From assembly GCA_041496385.1 (NCBI GenBank), contig JBGQEL010000065.1:1-22972 (forward strand): a stretch of 22,972 nt of DNA. The letters are read 5' to 3'. The position numbers were made by a program, and so were the translations under genes. The notes below the pieces were generated by a model. The model was not told the origin of the DNA and did no database searches. It was given only the letters and a program-made list of their open reading frames with translations. Below, piece after piece: positions 19,171 through 22,972 of the stretch. Source of the stretch: Candidatus Methylomirabilia bacterium. GTDB taxonomy: Bacteria; Methylomirabilota; Methylomirabilia; Rokubacteriales; CSP1-6. Each line of letters opens with the position of its first letter. Position 1 is the stretch's first letter.

Positions 19171-20540
19171 CGGTCGAGCTCCCCGCCGATCATGTTGACG
19201 GAGCCGAAGGTGGGGATCAGGTCGGCGATCATCTCGCCCTCGATCATCCGATGGAGCGCCGCCATCGGCGGCAGGCAGGGCGGCCGGCAGCGGACGCGAT
19301 ACGGCCGGTCGGTGCCGTCGGAGACGACGTAGAAGCCGAGCTCGCCGTTCGCGCCCTCGACCGCGACGTACGCCTCGCCGAGCGGCGGCCGGATCCCGTT
19401 GCCCTCCATGATCAGCATGAAGTGGTTCATCAGCCCCTCGATGGAGCCGTAGGCGGTCTCCTTCGGCGGGAGCACGACCCGCTTGTCTCTGACGTTGATC
19501 CGATCGAGGGCCGCGCGCTGCTGGCCCTGGAGGTTGGGCGAGAGGGTGATCGGGAGGAGCAGGAGGCCCTCGGTCTTGCCCTGCTTGCCGCGATCGACGT
19601 AGGCCGCGGCGTCGATGGGCCGCCCCGCGACGTCCACGTTGATCGCGCCGCCCGGCATCAGCGCGAGCGCCTGCTCGACAATGCGCATCGACTGCTCCAT
19701 CTCGGCCATGCGCACGAGGTAGCGCGCGTAGTTGTCGCCGTCCTTCTGGGTCGGAACCTCCCAGTCGAGCCGGTCGTAGACGTCGTATGGCTGGGCACGA
19801 CGCACGTCGTAGGGGACGCCCACGGCGCGGAGCAGCGGGCCCGTGATCGCGTACGCGATCGTCTCCTCGCGCGTGAGCGCGCCGACGCCGACCATGCGAT
19901 CGATGAAGATCCGGTTACCGGTCAGCAGGCGGTGCACCTCGTCGAGGACCTCGCGCGTCTCCTTGAAGGCCTTGGCGGTCTTCTCGGCGAAGCCGTCCGG
20001 GAGATCCGCCTTGACGCCCCCAACGCGCCCGTACGAGATCGTGAGGCGGGCGCCGGTGACGTCCTCGACGAGCTCCCAGAGGAACTCGCGCGCCTTGATC
20101 ATGTAGAGGAAGACGGTAAAGGCGCCGAGCTCCATCGACGAGGCGCCCACGCACGTCAGGTGATCGCAGATCCGCGAGATCTCCGACATGATCACGCGGA
20201 TGTACCGGCACCGCTCGGTCACCTCGATGCCGAGGAGCTTCTCGACCGCGGCGCAGTAGCCGAAGTTGCAGATGAGCGGCGACACGTAGTTGAGCCGGTC
20301 GGTATAGGGAATCGCGTTGTTGTACCCGCCGACCTCGCAGTCCTTTTCGAACGCGCGGTGGAGGTACCCGATCTCGACGTCGGCTCGCACGATGGTCTCG
20401 CCGTCGAGCTCGGTCGCGATCCGGATGATCCCGTGCATCGCGGGATGGGCCGGCCCCATGCCGACCTGGAGGTTCTGGCCGCCGCCGCCGGTGCCGGCCC
20501 CCTCGCCGAGCATGAACTCGCGCCGCATCGTCTCCGCCAT
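19167..20540 (-). CDS. nuoD: NADH-quinone oxidoreductase subunit D (457 aa, with internal insertion)
   Basis: GPAHPAMHG, IGYLHR..EK, DRLNY, EGANGELG, terminal GELDR. No NiFe CxxC motifs. Confidence 0.95.
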   Translation of the reverse strand: MAETMRREFMLGEGAGTGGGGQNLQVGMGPAHPAMHGIIRIATELDGETIVRADVEIGYLHRAFEKDCEVGGYNNAIPYTDRLNYVSPLICNFGYCAAVEKLLGIEVTERCRYIRVIMSEISRICDHLTCVGASSMELGAFTVFLYMIKAREFLWELVEDVTGARLTISYGRVGGVKADLPDGFAEKTAKAFKETREVLDEVHRLLTGNRIFIDRMVGVGALTREETIAYAITGPLLRAVGVPYDVRRAQPYDVYDRLDWEVPTQKDGDNYARYLVRMAEMEQSMRIVEQALALMPGGAINVDVAGRPIDAAAYVDRGKQGKTEGLLLLPITLSPNLQGQQRAALDRINVRDKRVVLPPKETAYGSIEGLMNHFMLIMEGNGIRPPLGEAYVAVEGANGELGFYVVSDGTDRPYRVRCRPPCLPPMAALHRMIEGEMIADLIPTFGSVNMIGGELDR

Positions 20541-20547
20541 GCGCGTC

Positions 20548-21045
20548 CTAGTGCGGGGGGCCGATCAGCGGCTGCCGCCGGTCGATCGGGTAGTCCTTGC
20601 GCAGCGGGTGGCCCACGAACTCCTCGTACATGAGCAGGCGGCGGAGGTCCGGGTGGCCGCCGAAGCGCACGCCGAACATGTCCCACACCTCGCGCTCGAA
20701 CCAGTTCGCGATCGGCCAGAGCGCGACGGCGCTCGGCACCACCGCGTCGTCCTCGTCCACGCGCGTCTTGATCCGGACGCGGTGGTTGTGGGGCAGCGAG
20801 TAGAGATGGTAGACGACCTCGAAGCGCGGACCGTCCTCGCGCCCCGGGTACTTGAGGTAGTCCACGGCCGTCAGGTCCATGAGCATGTCGAAGGCGAGCG
20901 CGGGCTCGTCGCGGCAGAACGCGAGCGCGCGCGGGAGCGCGGCGCGCGTCACGACGGCGGTCGCGTCGCCGCGGTGCTCGTGGGTCTCGAGCACGTCTGG
21001 ACCCAGCCGCGCCCGGATCGCCGCGAGAACGGCCGCCCCCTCCAC
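20548..21045 (-). CDS. nuoC: NADH-quinone oxidoreductase subunit C
   Basis: DLTAVDY, RFEVVYHLYS, ANWFEREVWDMFG..F.GHPDLRRLL, GHPLRKDYP. Confidence 0.95.
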   Translation of the reverse strand: MEGAAVLAAIRARLGPDVLETHEHRGDATAVVTRAALPRALAFCRDEPALAFDMLMDLTAVDYLKYPGREDGPRFEVVYHLYSLPHNHRVRIKTRVDEDDAVVPSAVALWPIANWFEREVWDMFGVRFGGHPDLRRLLMYEEFVGHPLRKDYPIDRRQPLIGPPH

Positions 21046-21046
21046 G

Positions 21047-21505
21047 TCAGTACCTCTGGACCTGCGTGGCGATCTTGTCCTGGAGCTTCATGAGGCCGTC
21101 GATGACCGACTCGGGCCGCGGCGGGCAGCCTGGGATGTAGACGTCCACCGGGATGATCGTGTCGATCCCCTGGACCGTCGCGTAGTTGTCGTAAAAGCCG
21201 CCGGTGCAGGTGCACACGCCGAAGGCCACGACCCACTTCGGCTCGGTCATCTGGTCGTAGACGCGCTTGAGGACCGGCGCCATCTTGTGGCTGATCGTCC
21301 CGACGACGAACAGGACGTCGGCCTGGCGCGGCGAGAATCGGGGCAGTCCAGCGCCGAAGCGATCGATGTCGTAGTGCGAGCACGCCGTCGCCATGTACTC
21401 CATGCCGCAGCAGGCCGTGACGAACGGGTACTGGAAGATCGAATACTTCCGCGCCCAGCCGATCGCCTCGTCGAGCTTCGACGTGAAGAACGCGCCTACT
21501 CCCAT
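21047..21505 (-). CDS. nuoB: NADH-quinone oxidoreductase subunit B (N2 cluster)
   Basis: ATG at 21505 overlaps the nuoA end. [37 protein letters not shown]. Confidence 0.96.
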   Translation of the reverse strand: MGVGAFFTSKLDEAIGWARKYSIFQYPFVTACCGMEYMATACSHYDIDRFGAGLPRFSPRQADVLFVVGTISHKMAPVLKRVYDQMTEPKWVVAFGVCTCTGGFYDNYATVQGIDTIIPVDVYIPGCPPRPESVIDGLMKLQDKIATQVQRY

Positions 21506-21846
21506 TCGAGGCCTCCCTTGCGCCAGACGTAGAGGAACCCGAGCATGAGGATGCCCAGGAAGACCATCATCTCGGCGAACCCGAACCAGCCGAGCCGGCG
21601 GTAGAGAAGCGCCCAGGGCCAGATGAACAGGAGTTCGACGTCGATGAGGATGAAGAAGATCGCGACCGTCGAGAACTTGATCGCGAAGCGTCCCTCGGAG
21701 ACGCCGATCGGGTCCTTGCCGCACTCGAAGGGCTCCGCCTTGACCGGCGTGAGCCGGCGTGGCGCGATGAGCTTGGGAATCCCGAGCAGGGCGCCCGCGA
21801 CGAGCGCGGCGAAGGCGAAGGTCATCAGGATCGGCGTGTAGGTCAC
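21496..21846 (-). CDS. nuoA: NADH-quinone oxidoreductase subunit A
   Basis: GTG at 21846 overlaps the lipA stop (GTGA). [25 protein letters not shown]. Confidence 0.94.
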   Translation of the reverse strand: MTYTPILMTFAFAALVAGALLGIPKLIAPRRLTPVKAEPFECGKDPIGVSEGRFAIKFSTVAIFFILIDVELLFIWPWALLYRRLGWFGFAEMMVFLGILMLGFLYVWRKGGLEWE

Positions 21847-22760
21847 GGCGCCTCCGCGGCCTCCGCCTGGCGCTTGGCGTGGTACGAGCTGCGCACCAGC
21901 GGCCCGGACTCCACGTGCGCGAAGCCGAGCGTCCGTCCGACGGCCGCGAGCTCGGCGAACTCGTCGGGATGGTAGTAGCGAGCGACCGGCAGGTGCTGGG
22001 CCGACGGCCGCAGGTACTGGCCGAGCGTCAGGATCGTGACACCGGCCGCGCGCAGGTCCCGCAGCGTCGACACCAGCTCGTCCTTTTCCTCGCCGAGCCC
22101 GAGGATGATGCCCGACTTCGTCGGGATCTCCGGGGCGAGTGCGCGCGAGCGGCGGAAGAGCTCGAGCGTGCGCTCGTACCGGCCGCCGTGTCTGGCGATC
22201 CTGTACAGGCGCGGCACCGTCTCCGTGTTGTGGTTGAGGACGTCGGGGCGCGCCGAGAGCACGGCCGCGAGCGACGCCGCGTTCCCCTGGAAGTCCGGGA
22301 TGAGCGCCTCCACGCGGCAGCGCGGGGCGTGCCGCCTCGCGGCACGGAGCGTCGCGGCCCAGTGCGCCGCGCCGCCGTCGGCGAGGTCGTCGCGGTTGAC
22401 CGACGTGATGACCACGTACTCGAGGCCGAGCTCGCCGAGCGCGCGCCCGATGCGCTCGGGCTCCTCGCGGTCCTCCCAGGTGGGCCGGCCGTGCGTGATC
22501 GCGCAGTAACCGCAGTTGCGCGTGCACACGTCGCCCAGGATCATGAAGGTCGCGGTCGCGTCCTCCCAGCACTCGCCGATGTTCGGACAGCGCGCTTCCT
22601 CGCAGACCGAGTGGAGGTTCCATTCGCGCATGCGGTGCTTGAGCCGCATGTAGTTCGGCCCGCCGGGCGCACGCACCTTCAGCCACGCGGGCTTGCGTCC
22701 CTCGCGGAGGCTCTCCGGCTGGATGACCGGGAGTGGGCGCGTCACGGGCAGTCGTGTCAT
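21843..22760 (-). CDS. lipA: Lipoyl synthase (radical SAM)
   Basis: [18 protein letters not shown] (auxiliary cluster), CTRNCGYC (radical SAM), HNTETV, GQYLRPS, VRSSY. Confidence 0.97.
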   Translation of the reverse strand: MTRLPVTRPLPVIQPESLREGRKPAWLKVRAPGGPNYMRLKHRMREWNLHSVCEEARCPNIGECWEDATATFMILGDVCTRNCGYCAITHGRPTWEDREEPERIGRALGELGLEYVVITSVNRDDLADGGAAHWAATLRAARRHAPRCRVEALIPDFQGNAASLAAVLSARPDVLNHNTETVPRLYRIARHGGRYERTLELFRRSRALAPEIPTKSGIILGLGEEKDELVSTLRDLRAAGVTILTLGQYLRPSAQHLPVARYYHPDEFAELAAVGRTLGFAHVESGPLVRSSYHAKRQAEAAEAP

Positions 22761-22777
22761 CCGATCGAAACCGCATC

Positions 22778-22786
22778 ATTATGCCA
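22778..22786 (-). promoter_or_regulatory. Possible extended -10 (TG-G-CATAAT) for the lipA-nuo-pdh operon
   Basis: Minus strand TGGCATAAT ends 17 nt upstream of the lipA ATG in an AT-richer patch. No convincing -35. Confidence 0.4.
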
Positions 22787-22832
22787 TAGCAAAAACCACC
22801 CGCACGACGGGAACACCGAGCCGGAAAAAGGT

Positions 22833-22917
<85 letters not shown>

Positions 22918-22932
22918 GCGAGACGAGAGCGG

Positions 22933-22961
22933 AGTATAACGCGCCTAGCGGCGCGTGACAA
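22933..22961 (-). promoter_or_regulatory. Sigma70 promoter of tRNA-Leu: TTGTCA-N17-TATACT
   Basis: Near-consensus -35 (22956-22961) and -10 (22933-22938) with an exact 17-bp spacer, 15 nt upstream of the tRNA 5' end. Confidence 0.85.
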
Positions 22962-22972
22962 TTCTCCCCGCG

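Noticed and set aside
19492..19644. Intein or mobile element in nuoD
   Set aside because: It is only 48 codons, with no Cys/Ser start, no His-Asn end, and no terminal inverted repeats or transposase. Kept only as an in-frame insertion.
19167..21505. Group 4 [NiFe]-hydrogenase interpretation of the LMN-less cluster
   Set aside because: The NuoD-like subunit lacks both CxxC nickel-binding motifs and keeps the quinone-site His/Tyr residues. NuoB has the tandem CC of complex I, and NuoEFG are present.
22791..22812. Intrinsic terminator after tRNA-Leu (CCCG-TCGTG-CGGG...TTTTT on the minus strand)
   Set aside because: The stem is only 4 bp and is separated from the T-run, too weak to call.

Overview
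GC-rich bacterial chromosomal region made up mostly of central and energy metabolism genes on the minus strand. The gene style and small-protein families are reminiscent of Rokubacteria/Methylomirabilota, which is an inference only. Reading right to left: a sigma70-type promoter and tRNA-Leu(GAG), then one tightly packed run lipA-nuoABCDEFGHIJK-pdhABC-lpdA-acyl-CoA-dehydrogenase-fold gene, in which pyruvate dehydrogenase genes occupy the position where nuoLMN normally sit. Next come a small LLM-oxidoreductase-like remnant and a probably leaderless 95-aa signal-peptide ORF ending in RAPP directly upstream of an orphan tatA. A plus-strand DUF948/YtxH/DUF4337 trio follows, then pccB, a split-type methylmalonyl-CoA mutase large subunit, two exported proteins with FlgT-C-like domains, and a long-chain polyprenyl diphosphate synthase cut by the window edge. 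Main leads: (1) a candidate RAPP ribosome-arrest leader peptide controlling tatA; (2) a complex I cluster lacking the antiporter genes and joined to lipA/PDH; (3) an ACAD-fold enzyme with the Arg/Gln/Gly signature of 3-sulfinopropionyl-CoA desulfinase near propionyl-CoA assimilation genes; (4) a premature TAA in pdhB; (5) a 48-codon NuoD insertion bounded by a 9-bp direct repeat. All family assignments come from motif recognition by eye; no searches were run.
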